From assembly GCA_976226885.1 (NCBI GenBank), contig OZ320316.1, positions 81,902,001 through 81,966,000 on the forward strand: a DNA stretch of 64,000 nt, read 5' to 3'. Below, one piece after another: positions 13,081 to 26,690 of the stretch. The position numbers were made by a program, and so were the translations under genes. The notes under the pieces were generated by a model. It searched no databases, was not told the DNA's origin, and was given only the letters and a program-made list of their open reading frames with translations. The DNA is from Iphione sp. A-MEVVRFRX5. Lineage: Eukaryota. The stretch's first letter is position 1. Each line of letters begins with the position of its first letter.

Positions 13081-15008
13081 TTGAAATCTATGTAGAAGCT
13101 GCAGCAGAGCGACTCTTGCTTCACCGACTGAAGTGGCCTCAACCTAATAGACTAACCAAGACTTTCGATAACACCAAAGTCGCTCACTATAACAATTGAT
13201 CAAGGAAAGCCGGGTAATTTTGATTAACACTTTACTCTCCCTGACGTCAGGGTTCAGTCCCTACTGGCCAGACTCATTTCCGTTCTGACCTTCATAAGGG
13301 TAGCACCGATGTTCCCAACTTTACCACTCTCCATATATAGAGAGTATAAATTTGTATGTCTCGTTCCTTCCGTCTAGTCGAATTTATCTGTCCAAATTAC
13401 TTACATTTGAAGAAACGCGTACTAATGTATTAACATTCATGACCCCCCCCATCCTTCCCTCGATCCGTAGCAACAGTAGACCTGGTTAGTTAAGGACCTG
13501 AAGCACAAAAGAACGCTAACGGGTGTTTATTGCCTCATAAAACCAGGCCTGTGGTTGCATGGGACATGTTAAGTGTTTTGTGACACTAGGGTTTTCAGGA
13601 ATACTTCCATTCAACTCTTAAAGCAATCGAAAGTAGACAACAGGATTCCTCACAAAATGAAAAAAAAATTGTACGCCTAACATTGTCTGTGTTATCACAT
13701 GTCAAACATAAGCGCCTAGCGTTTTACGTTACACAGGTTCGTGTCTGATGCGTGTAGGAAGTGTAGGACTATTCCGTTTTTTTCCCACGAAACTTGACTA
13801 AGCTCCGCATACAGTTACATATACAAACAGAGCGCACTATGGACCTGTTCCAAATAAGACATTTCATCAGTGCGGGAAACTACATGCGGCTAGCTGGTAA
13901 TCTACTGCTTCTGCTCTCGCTCAAACCCCTTATCAATTGAACGCAGCCCGCTTCTCGATGGCACCATGGCATGTCCGATCCGTATTTTTCAGCGAGAGAA
14001 ATGGTCGACTCTTGGTAGGATTCTCATCGTGGAAACAATAAGTTGGATATTCTATCAGCGCCCGTTCTAGCAGCACGCACCACGCCCACGCTGCACTATT
14101 TACCAGTGCAGCGTCGAGTTTGGGGCCTGCTTGGTTTTCACCTTGTACTGACAGACGTCGACACGGTCCTCGAGATTAAATCAAAGCCGGCGCCTTGTAA
14201 GGGGTCTTCCCGTTGTAGGGCTCACGTTTCCACCTCATCGCTGAGAAAGATTCAACGGAAGCAGGCGGCTACTGCATCAATATTGAAAAATATTGTGTGT
14301 GTTTTTCCCCTATTTCCCAGAGGCACCTATGCCACCTGTTGAGTTACATCCGAGAAGCCGCATTTTTTTAAAAAAGGAACGTGTGGGGGTGTTCCGTTCA
14401 AGGTCTTTTTCGACGTTAACGAGGGACCAACCCAAACTGCGTCGCCGAATCGGAGCCCTTTCACTTTTGTTACATCTGAATAAAATTGCAAGACAGCTAC
14501 CACAGCTAAAAAGCGAAGGAAACTCTTGAAATAAGATATGTACACGGTCGACCCTCTCTATCCTTTAACTTCCATCGTTACATAAAAAGATCGAGATAGG
14601 GAATGGTTTCTTTAAAAGAACTAAATAGAAATTACAAAGACGGAACTGCAGGGAGGTATTTTCTCCTGAAACAAACCATACATCTTGTAGGAACTGTAGA
14701 AATTGAAGGCTTAAAATGCAGGGGGAATGACTGTAACGGATACATTTTGAATGGCAGAAAAAGGGCCTCCTCAGCCATGTGCGGCCCCCATCTGTGACAT
14801 AATTATATGGCTTTTGATGTTGCAACCAGTTTCACTGTAAAGCCCAGTACGTTTGAATTGGCAGCAGCATAGCCTGTTTATTACCATTTGATTCAGATAT
14901 TTTTTTTTGAAAAACGATATTTGACATTTCCGTCCCCTTCAGCTGCACTGGGCTTTTTACACGTCAATCAATATTCGAAAACATCGACCTTCTCTGTCTT
15001 TGTTTCTG

Positions 15009-15230
15009 TCACTGTGAAGTTTCCGTGACTAGTTCAGGGCTTGGTTGATAAAACCTGGGTCTTTCCAAAATTAAATTATTCAAGTTAAATGATTGTAATT
15101 TGCAAGTTTTACGCCTGAGCAAACAAGATGATGAGAAAGTCTTAGGGAAGGCTGATACTTTTTCGGAGACCACTGGGATACTAATTTGGCGCCAGTGTTT
15201 TATAGCGGCCATATCAGCCTTCAGAATTCT
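15009..15230 (-). mobile_element. Possible non-LTR reverse transcriptase relic (motif silhouette)
   Basis: ILKADMAAIKHWRQISIPVVSEKV resembles LIPKKGD..LKNWRPISL / NYRPISILPVxSKV. The later NNLILERPRFYQP resembles NxLLSxxQxGFRP. Invariant residues are lost. Confidence 0.3.
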
Positions 15231-18200
15231 CTATCTCTCTCTGAAGATTAACCAGGAGAAATGACAGCCCAGGCAGAGTCCGACAGACGATTGATCCCGA
15301 ACTAATATTTACTTTGCATAGCAAACCTCACCAGGGCTTTGCCCAAAGTGTCCGCCAAATATCTCTATGATTGTCTCTTAAGAGGCAGACTTCCAAGACC
15401 GTATTATGAGAGGAACCCCTTTGTTGGTACTGTATCTGCATCAGTGACGGTTCTCTGTGAGAAGAATTGATATCGGGGCTGCTTTGCGCGCCTGTCTTTC
15501 CAAACGCGGAATTTTCCCGCTTAGCACAAACGACCGAGCGCCCGACGCACCCACTGAACTTGTTTTTCACATTTGGCGCGACGCAACCTTTTCTGCGGCT
15601 TTTGCTACGGCCGATATAGACCTGTCACATTTGATATTACGTGGAGAGGCCAAGGCTGCTATGGTGGCCTGATGGCTCTCTCCAATAAGGCAGAACAGCC
15701 TTTCTGCCTGCAGTAATTTCATTTGGTCCTTTTTTATGCTACCAACAATAGTCTATGCCTTGATTGCACGACAGTGCTTTGAAAGTGAGTAGCTGTTTTT
15801 TAATCGTTATACTGTCGGACTTCCTATGGAGACTGCAAGGAATGTATAGTATCGAGTCACCTCTCTCGACACAAGTAGAGTCGCTTGCTCGTCTCTTTTG
15901 GGTTGGTGCGTGACTCAGAGTGAACATACCTGTGCCTCCAGCGTTCCCAACAAAGCCCGCCGCGATTAAGCCGGTCGTGTTGCAGTTGGTATCCTTTCTG
16001 GTAATACGATAATCGTTCTTCAAGCATGTATTAGGTGTATCTCTCTATTAGGAGGCCGTCGGCTAAGTGAACTTCGGATGCTTTCATGATGGTGTAGCAT
16101 TAGAGCGCTGAAAAGTGACGACAGTGGTGCTGGCCCTAAGTCGGTATCAGGTTGGGTAGGATATGGAAAAATGAAATGGAAAAGCGAAGGGCTAACGGCC
16201 CTGCTAAGCGCGATCGCAATACCTCGGCCTCCCGGACAATCTTCGTGTTCTCGCTACAGGCCTTAACATTCTTATTGCATGTAAGCAAGCAATTCGTGCT
16301 CAGGTAGCCGAGTAGCATCCCCATGACTTTCTCTAAAAGGATGCCTCTCTTCACAAAGAACCTCTTTGGCTCTTGGTGTTTGACGTAGGGGCAATGCTCC
16401 GGCTGTTTTATTGACGCTAGCCACTATCGGTGAATGGGCGCCGACACGGACGCTGCCGACGTAGCGCTGGCCACGCCGGCCACTGAGAATGGTCCGCTCA
16501 GTCGCGTGGCAGGAAATTGCAAGGGCAGCGCCGCTATCAGCCCGCTCCCGGTTTTGCTTTCGTTGATACATGTGCCATGTGACGGGCCTCATTTAGAGGC
16601 TGCGCTTCCAATAGGAAGTCCCTCACCAAGGCCGGTCGTCCAGCTCTGAGGGCCACTTGCCTATTCATAAGATTTTGTTAACAAATTTCATGATGCTTTC
16701 GGCGCCGGACTGTTCACTGTGTGACAGTTTATGAATTAATGGTGGGGCTGTGCATGCTTTATGTAGACGTGTGAGGATTACCGCGCAGTGCGTTTCTAGA
16801 CACTGGCATGGCGGTAATTGATCCACAGCACCAGCCAACGAATCAGCAAAGCTCTGCCTGTATAAATACACAGACAGCACAGATATGTTTGATGAAAAAC
16901 TTTAAAACAGCAAAAAAAAAAAAACATCATCGTCAATGTGGTGCGCCATGTGTGTCAGTCAACTCGTGCGGTTGGTATTTCAAATGCCTGCACCATCATG
17001 GAACTCGGAAGTGCTATCGGCCGAGCTCGGTTTTCTTTTCTGCACCCAGTAATGACGGTTAATGGCCACCACTCGGTGTCGGAGGTATCTAATGCCCAGC
17101 GTATATGGTCTCCAGGCTCTCCAACACGTGCCGATCGCTTGCCAGGTGAGCGGAAGATGGATGTAGATGGCCACTTGGCGTGAGTTGACCAGGTTTGATT
17201 AAGGGTGGCCGGTGAAAGCAATCAGTCCCCCTGGTAGCCACCGGCCACACCTGAAGACCCCAGGGAGGCTGCCCCGTCACCTGCCCGGCGGCGATAGTCC
17301 CACTTCTCCCCTCTGGAAGCCTACCCAGCCTCAACCCATGGACACAGCTGGGGACATCTGAACATGCGAAGTTTGTCGGCGGTGATATTGTCGGCCAGAA
17401 TGCTGCCACACTACACCACACCGCACCGCACCATACCAGGATTTCCTATCGGCATGTGAGAGAAAGAAAAACCAAGTTCAATTTGTGAATAGCGTCTGGC
17501 ACGTAAACACTGTATTTCACACATGTTGGAGCAGCAGTGTGGTCATGGTGGGGCTGTTTGCGTCGAGTAAGATGAGATACTTTATAGGCTGCCATCATGC
17601 ACGTCAATAACGCACCACCAGCATCAAAGGCTTTGAGGGAGATGAGGTCTCGAGCTACCTGGTGCGAGCAGCACGCCTATATTGAATATGAATATGAAAA
17701 TGGCCACCGTTATGAATTCTGTTAGCTATACAATAGCCTGCAGTGTTACAGAAGTTCAGTCTTTCCTTTTTATGATACCGGTTAAAAACATGGGGGGCGA
17801 CGGTTTCGGGAAAAGTTTAGGGTTTTTTCCTCCCTAGAACATTTGTAAAGTGCCAATAGGAATCGGGCGAGCTCGTGCAACATCACTAACAAATTCCAGA
17901 CTGTCTCCTTCACCAAGTGGATGTTACTCGAGCTTAGTGTCATAAAGGCATGCTATGTTTCAATCGTAAAGGTGGACGAGCGTGTTTACAGATGTAGTAC
18001 ATATTAGATGTGTCGTTCTGGGGAATCTAGTTTCATTCCAAACAAGTAAAAACAATTATACAGGTCGTCATCAGATACACGTATACAGTATCTTTAATAT
18101 ATGGACTGACACTTACTTTAAAGAGACAGCAATCCCCGAGACAATAAGATAGCAAGTTGTTTCCTTGGATGATGAATCTGTCTTCAACGGGGTGCCGTTT

Positions 18201-21200
18201 TTCATAGTTCAACCCGTATCAAAGTAATTTACGCACAGTGAGACAAGTAGGAATTTATGTACCGTGGGACAAGTTTATTCATATTGTGTAAATACTGGTT
18301 GTCACCATGGCGTTGTCTTGACGTTTATCGTGAACCCCGTAGGGACCTATCGATTAATGTATGCGCTGCTTGCATATGCCCACTAAGCATATAATGTAGG
18401 TGGTAAGAAGCAGGACGAACGGGGCTTTCAACAGGCCTGTAGTTCTGGTCTTATCAGATAAAATACAGTCAGGCAATACAATCCAACTTTAGTTGTTTTT
18501 CTTTGAATTCTTTCCATGGACTTTCCCCCCTCCATTTTCTTTAGAAAAACAATGTTGCCACTGATCAATTTTCACTGCTGTCAGTCGGAGATGTACCAGA
18601 CGACTTCGTTTCCCTAAGCGCGCAAATTTTCTTTTTAAAGTCTATTTTGTTCATATTTCTTACTGGATAGTTCCATCAATATAGTTTTCTCCCATAGTCT
18701 CTTCAGTAAGGAAAGTTAAGACTCCAGTTACGATAAAGACCTTGATGTAAGAACACAACATGCATAATTCTCCAATAATTACCGTAGTTATCTCCGGGAA
18801 GTCCAATACCCCTTATAAAGGAACGTGATAGTTGATTCTCTTTAGTATGTGCATATTTGTTTTTCTTTTTGTTGTTGTAAACAATCAATTGGTACATACT
18901 TTGCTGACAAAATATCAGGAAAGACTGCTAATGAAACGAAGTCTACATAATGACTCTGAAATAAACCACAGTGTATTTATCCTTATAGCCTCATTTAGGT
19001 AATTCTTTGGCGAATGACTTAAAACATAGTAGCTGGGGGGGGGGGGTTAATCTAAATTAGCAGGAAAACCCTCCATAGTAAAATCTTATCGAAAAAGACG
19101 CTAACGTGTGAGCTACTGCACCACCGCTGGGTATGCGAGGAATGCCCAGGACTGCCTCCTTGTACATTTCCTTTAAGCATAAATCGCAGGGGTGATTCGG
19201 TATTCCCTATTCAGCCGGCAACGGCGATTGTTTTAGCTAGCCAGCCTTAATCAAGCGATTGCATCTCACACTATAGGTAATTAGACGGAGCTCGCGCAAT
19301 AACATAAATGAAAACTCATTCTCAGTTAGCGGGACACGGCGCATTAGCTCGCTGCGATCGCTGTCAGCGCCATTACCTGTGATTAATGTAGATGTGATTA
19401 CACATATTGTGCCTCGGTGACACGTTTGCTGATTAAAACAACAGACTTGTTACACTGATGAAATTCGAAACGCCAGGCGGCGGACGCACGTTCAAGGACG
19501 ACGTTTCAATAACTGAGACCTGGGAAGGTAGAGAGAGGGGGAAGGGCTCCATCAAGGGCAAGTCCCTCCTCCTCCGAACCGTGTCGATTGTATTATCCCG
19601 GTAGCAATTCAGCAATCGCGTTTGCTAAGACGTCGACCGAAAGCAGAATTAAATATGAAACTGGTGCTCCCACGTGATAAAATGAATATTCGGGGTATGA
19701 TAGACACGGCGAAGGAAATAGAAAGAAATCTGCACCTGGCTACAAGAAATGGTCTTCCGTTCGATAAATTTTATGCTTTTGGCATAATGTTACTGTTGTG
19801 TGTGGATCTTTTTTCCATTTCCTTACAGAGACGAAATCTAAGAACAAATTTCATTATGTTAGCAGAAGAATCAGTTCAGGTAGAGGGATTTTTCATATTT
19901 GAAGACGCTCGTCGAACTTATAACGATGATGTGCTCGTAATATAATGTTCCTACCCTATGACAAATCTAAAGCGCAGATTCATCAGTTAGGCAGAAGATA
20001 TAGACTGTCTTATAAAGTTGGAAAGGGTATATAGGCAACTGTGTATAGGATTCTACAACTAGCTGAATGGGGCAGTAGCCCCTGCAGTCACTTGGTTTAA
20101 GGTATCTGCTCATGGGGCAGCAGCCGCTGAGCTACTAGTAAGTTGAACGTAAGATGAGATAGTTGCTAATAGTAATGACCACATGGGGCATCAGTCGCTG
20201 TGTAAATATTTGCTAACTGGAAAGTAGGCGAGATATTCATTGTTAGATTAGGGATTGGACACATAGGGCAATAGCCGCGGTGTCGTATTTAATAATGCGT
20301 AATTTATAACATATTGAAACAGGATATTTGACTTCATTTCACTAAGAATAAACTACCTTTTACCATTAGTGCCGTCTTATTACATCTACATTGCTCATAG
20401 TTTTGATACTTGGACCTGGGAGTTCTTACATTTGATGTCTTTTCAAACCCAGAGTAAATAAAGATTTTAATAAAAGGACAAGACTTCTCTTTTAGTAGTA
20501 CATAGTAGTCGAAGTGCATACAAAATACCTACAGAAGTGGCTTCTTTATAGCTATCTTTTGGATTTTGGAATTTTATAGATCTCTTTCGGTGTCCCAAAT
20601 ACTTGTTCACATCGGTCCAATTAAATAATTCTGTCATTGGTAAAGTCATTCTGATATCAATATAAACGGGTCAACATGAGATATTTGCACGTATTTCCCG
20701 ACAGTTCGTTGTAAACTTTATCTATGAAAAAGTAAAGTAGCATGATCTCCTGATATGCAACGCTCAAGTAAATGTAAACAGTCGGTACGGTGGTTTCTTC
20801 CTGTGATATAAAGTCACTGGTAATGGAGAGCTGTACGCTGCTGAGCGTGGTATGCGAGGTACTGTGAAATTCGTAAACTGAGAAGAGCTGCTCTTTGTTG
20901 CTCCTCACCCTGAGCCGACTACCCAGGCCCGTACATCGGGGATCAGCTGGTGAAGATCAACACCCTGCCATTAGAGCCTGTGAAGGGGACCCGGGAGGAG
21001 GTCCCTGGGCCGGAGTCCCATCCATGGTGACCTGGATCCTGAACCCGGCGCACCCCAGCGTCTCAGCTTACGCGTAGACGCGGCGACGTCAGCGTGGCGA
21101 TGATGCTTTCAAAACAACCTCCACCACTCGAGCTGTCCGCGCCCTGGAGGTAGCGGCTTTGTTATCAGCGCTTTAAGAAGTTCCTCCTGTTGCTACAGCC

Positions 21201-24200
21201 ACCGATAAAGCCTTGCCTGTGTCGTTAGTGGCCATATATAGGGGTTGATTTGTAACCCCCCCCCCCCGGTACAGCTGACTTTGGGTAGGAGTATACCACA
21301 GATCCTAATGGTGTAGGTCTTAAATGACACCTTAGACATTGGCGAGAGGGGTGCCATAGTTGAAGGCATCGGATACAAAGGACAACAGATCGGCAGGAAA
21401 CAATACACGGAACAATCCTTCTCAGAGGCCTTACACCTCATCTGTCAAGGCCGAACTGGTTGTTCACGCCGGGATTAAGTTCACCGAAGAGGGGCGGTTA
21501 AGATTAACCCGTTGCTTTATCTTGATTGCTGCCAAATGCTACGAACATGGATGGTTGGTGAACTGGATCTCAACAATCCCAAAGATCAAATAAGGTACGA
21601 CAGCGTATCTGACGGTAAGTCGCTTCAGTAAGAAGAGATTCTATTGTTCAGGAGAGTATACCTTGTGCATTGCGCTAAATTTCTGCAAGGCCCTCCCTAG
21701 TCTGACAAGACCATTGCAATAAATAAAAAGAAATGTGATTTACCTGTGGACGTGCGTTCTAAGAATTTCAAGTTTGCACAGTTTAGTGATCGCAGATCTA
21801 AAACCTGATCATTGACTGTCTTATGAACCTCCTAAATCTTCATGGAAGATGTTTATTTAACGATTATCAAACAGAATGATATAATAAAATATTTACATAC
21901 ATGTTGGTATATACATGTATGTACATCGAATGAATGAAAGAAAAGAAACGTTATGCGCACATTTAGATGGACCGAGTATGGTAGTATTTGGAGTAGTATG
22001 GCTCTCTAATGCACGTGCAACGGGATATATGTACTGGGTCAAAAGCTGAAATCCCCCGCACAGAATATGAGACCAGGGTTAAGAGGCTCTTTGAGTATTC
22101 AGGAGATCATCAGTTATACCAGTGAACCACAAGGTGCTGGCGATAGTTGATTTATATACAGGATGCAGCTGGCGTCTGACAGTAAAGTCATTTTCTCGGT
22201 ATCCTGCCTCCTATAAAGATACATCTTTGGGGGTAAAAAAAAGAATGTCATGCGCACAAACATATACATGCGTATACACTTGCATACATATAAACATGCA
22301 TCGCGTACATCCAAGCATCCATAGATATGTGGCATGTATCTACGTGCACCTTTCTCTCCCCTCTACCCACCCACCACCCGCTCCCAGCGAGGGATGATTG
22401 ACCTGTTATTGTCCGTGCCTGATGGTTTTCCTATACACAGAGGTGAGGCGTTCATTAGAGACGCCAGTGGCGCGTCGTTGCATGAATGCTGGCGTACGGA
22501 AAAGGCAGGTGGCGCGTTGCTCTTCACCGTACAGGGCAACACCTTCAGAATTAATCAGGTCATTTCCTGTTGGCTCGACGCCCACCCGCCGACTCCCGCC
22601 GCCACCAGCCTATCAGCCGGCGGCCGATTTGCTGCTTCCCTGTCTGCGACGTCTCACCCGCTGCGTCGGATCTGATGAGACGTGCCATGCCAAGATCGCT
22701 GAGCTGGATTCATGCTGCGTGTCGACGTCGCTTAGTGTGACGAGACATCTTATGACTACCTGACTGCCGGCTACCTCTTAATAGCTCCACTCTTATAGTT
22801 TCATTATTGCAACTCCCGCCATATCCCCGGTAGGCGATGAGGCGATCTGGCGAAGCCGACATTTTTTTTCTCTCATTGCGTGAGTTATTTTTCTTGCTGC
22901 TTTCCATTTCTTGTCTCCTGAGAAGATCTCGCGAGATTGCATGCCTCGAATCCCATCCATAGCTATGGAAAGATTGCTTAAGGCATTCTAATTAAGCGCA
23001 GACACATTAGAGACGGTTTGATGTCATTCAAGGACGATCTGCTTCTACCAGTGCCTTTATCAATGGTCCGATCTAGAAAGGGCCATTTCGGATCCCTTTG
23101 TGTCTGTAAGTTGTTGGCTGCTTCGTAAGACACAGACTATCTTGGCAGTGCTGCCAGACACAACACAATTATAACCTAAAGATGCACATGGTGATTTGAT
23201 ATGTTTCCCGTAAGAGGCCAGAGACGGCCGACGTCTTTGTCTCTGTGAAGGATCTATAGAAGGCTTGTGCGAATCATTGCCGTACGACTGACGCTTGTGG
23301 CGTTTTGCTTCATCACGCCAAATAGCTGCTGGCAACAGAAGCATTGTTTGTGATGAATGCTCTGCTACTATTATCTGCCGCATACTTTCAGTTCCCAGTC
23401 ATCAACGGCTTGGAGGTACATGTACAAGGACGTGCTTTTTTTGGTATTTCAGTTCTCTAATTCTTGTTCCTTTGTTTTTTAAGACTTGTTATTACTGCTA
23501 GTTTGTTTTGGAGGCCTTTTGTGTGTTCCAGAATATATATATTAATTCAAGCAGAGCTGATATCCGTACGGCAGGAAAATATGTCCTCAGCACAGTGAAT
23601 GATGACCTAAACTATATATGTACATATGTACATTTAGTTTCAATGGTTGAGAAACATATGATTTTATATGTTTTTCCACCATATGAAAAGTTGCCTCTTA
23701 GGTTCAGGGCCGTTTGTTTATTGGTGACACGCACTCTCATGATCCACTTCCAACACCATAGGAAACCAGCAAAGCCAACGCCCTACACTAAGAGTCTGGC
23801 ATGCTCTTGAATGTATTCACTCTTAGGAACTTTGACTGGAAGCTTTACTTTCCACGCTGAAGATCACATTTAATAGCATCGGTCACCTCTCCGTTGTCGA
23901 TTCTTGCATATTTCATCCGCCTGTATATTGGATATCTACGCGAAACTGCCAACTATGCAGGTTAATAGCATTAATAGTTTGATCAAAGTGGCATTCAGCA
24001 GCATGCAGGTATGACAGTAGATGCGTATCATGCGTGTTTGCCTTTATTTTTTTTCTCCAAACTTTTCTTTCAAGCCATTCGTGTGTTTTTTATGTGGGCA
24101 GCTTGATTATTTATTCTTTGACGTAGATCTACTGTTCACGTACATATAATTTTATGTCGGTTAATTTGGTCAGTGCGGCGACAGTTAAACTTGCTACAAA

Positions 24201-24499
24201 GTCGAACTTGTTTAAGTATTTTCACATTACGTTATTGGTGCAGGTAAGTCCCTTCTAGCACTAGTGAGCGCTTTGGTCTATGGAGTTTTGAAATCAGCTG
24301 GGAGAGCCCTTTTCTGGCATCTCAGTAGCTAACACAACTTGTGAGGTGTCAAGGTAAGCGTCCCCGAGAGAGATATAGGCTGGGATCCGTGAAGTTCTGC
24401 GAGAGACTGTCAGGACACTCCAAACCCATCCATACTGACAGCTAACCACACTCCTTCAAGGCTAGTAGCATGCTAGAGCTCTGCTCCCTGCTGATCCTG

Positions 24500-25010
24500 T
24501 CACTGAGGTCCTCCACTAGTACTAATCAATTCAAATCAGTGCGACTGGTCGGTTCAAGCGACAGTCTTTGATCAGTGTGGTATACTCAGTACAGAATACT
24601 AGGAGTTGTCTCCGTTTAACACCTACTTATTAATGACATGGTGTTCTGTATCTGCAGTCCAATATAGACCAGTTTAGTGTATGAACTGTATGTGACAGTA
24701 CACAGCATCAAATACACCGGAGAGAAATCTGTTAGTATGTTTTTTACAGTGGTATTTACCAATGTCATACAAAAGGAAAACACCTATTCCTTGCATAGTA
24801 GGGGAAAGGTCAAATGTTTCTCAATTCCGAGGAATAGTGTCTGAAAGATAAAGACTTGAAAGCTTGCGTTGCAATCTGCTGAAAAAAAGCCAATGTTGTT
24901 GAAATATGGTTCAAGCTCTCCTACGACGGATTATGAAAAACGTTTATAATACTCTTCGTCTCGCCCTAGATGACGGTACTATGTGGTCCTCACCACTGTG
25001 CCAAAAAGTT
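24500..25010 (+). mobile_element. Possible CR1-type LINE RT relic
   Basis: Frameshifted CGI..ILG..FNTY.INDM at 24576-24640 (cf. GVPQGSILGPLLFNIYINDL) and, in order downstream, VYNTLRLALDDGTMWSSP at 24942-24995 (cf. YKTLVRPxLEYxxxVWSP). Confidence 0.4.
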
Positions 25011-26389
25011 TCTGTTGATTAGGGAGATATTTGCATTGTCAAGCGGATTAACCCTTCAGCACCTATCTATTGTAGTCCCCTTCCAAAGAAACTTCCTGGA
25101 AGCAGAACAAATCGCTACATATTATAACATGTAAACCTCTCAGTATTTCAGCAGAGACAAAAGGAGACAGCTCACATTGTGACAGATCCTCCAAAAAGTG
25201 CTAATAACCTCCCATCTTCTAGCCTCTGACCTTCTTCCCACTTCATCCAAGTGTGTCTACCAACCTCACACCTTCTCCTGCTACCCTCAGATGTGCTTCC
25301 TACCTTGCTCGTGCAGAGGGAACTCCTAGCCTCACAACTTGCCTCTATCCCTCAGGTGTTCCTTCTACCTTACCTTGGCGTTTCTTTCAGGCTTATACAG
25401 TGTCAGATACACTGTGCGTGTGATTCAGTTAGTTACAACTAAGATAAGGAATACATGTATATAATTATGACAGACGTGTGAAAGTAACTTTTTTTTTGCC
25501 TGCGGAGACTGTAAATTACAAGCCCTTCACTATTGCCGTGCCTGTTTACGATTTCGAAAGATGCGCTGTCACCAAGCAGAGTTACAGTAGTGACGGGTCA
25601 CTGTACACATACATACATGTAACTGTATTTAGCAACAAATAAGCATTGCTATACATCCTTGAACTAACAAATGGTCAAGGAACTATTGAAGGCAATAACA
25701 AAGAGGAGACCTTCGCTTCCAGAATGATTTATGCCTTACATATTTTCAACTTCCGGCTCTGTGCTTTACTGCAGCGCTGCAATAAATTGAAGAAACACCA
25801 TTGTTGCAGGACTATGTATAAACGGGCTGATATCACGTTCTACCCAATAGTTGAAGGGGAGGCCGCAAAGCCGAGATAGCATTGGCCGTGCCTTCCCAAA
25901 GTGGCGTAATTACCCGGTCGTGTTCTACTCATTATTGCTCTTTCGGCTTCCTCGCGGCACTTGCAGTGGCTGATTGCTGCATAATGGCATCATACATAAA
26001 CAGGAACGGCCGGAACACGGAACAAAGTAAACTTTTTCCCCCGCCTCTTTAAGTCGTTTCCATTGTAATCATGGGGTGGTTACATGTGCCTTGCGGGTGT
26101 GCCTGCTGTCGAGCGGTGTCCTTGGTCGTGCCGGTGTGATTTATCATCCCGTCTGAAGATAACAACACGACGTCGAGATAGCAGTGTATAAAGCCGGTCG
26201 TTGTCGACCGTGATTTTTTTTTGCCGGATTCTTGCGCCGGAATATCCCATGTATCGTTCGAACAGCACTTTCGGGGAGTTTCCAATGCAGGTTCATTTGA
26301 TCGGAATCTGTCTAGTTGGCAAACTCATTAAAGCAGAGCTAGATGATATTTTCGCTTCGGGGATAACACTGTGCCTACATGGCGACTAA

Positions 26390-26690
26390 ATTGCAAATAT
26401 CCTATGACATTTCCATCCAACCGTAAGTGGCTTCCAGCCTACATGCCAGAAATTTAATCATTAACACAAACAACTAACTGCCCAATAAGAAGCTTCTGGA
26501 AATAAGAGAGCATGGGGCAAGTCTTGTAAAGTACGATACGAGGCTGAATCATTACAAGATGGCCGCCTGGAAAGATATTAACCAGATGCTGCCATTCGGG
26601 AAGCTGACAAATAGGACTGCTGGCCTCGGGGATTAATGTGAAGAGAGCAGGAGAGGCGACAGTGAGGCAGCTGGGAGCAGGTTTACTTAC
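26390..26690 (-). mobile_element. Very weak Rex1/L2-like RT relic
   Basis: SCLTVASPALFTLIPEASSPICQLPEWQ...MLSYFQKLLIGQL loosely parallels CAxQLxxVFTxIFNxSL...PxxWK...KxFEKLVxxQL. Confidence 0.18.

Noticed and set aside
21360-21620. Exon-like block ending in GACG|GTAAGT
   Set aside because: No good acceptor, and the frame reaching the donor has an internal stop and no recognisable product.
22388-22442. 55-nt candidate exon (RGMIDLLLSVPDGFPIHR)
   Set aside because: Plausible splice sites but short, with no homology and no partner exon.
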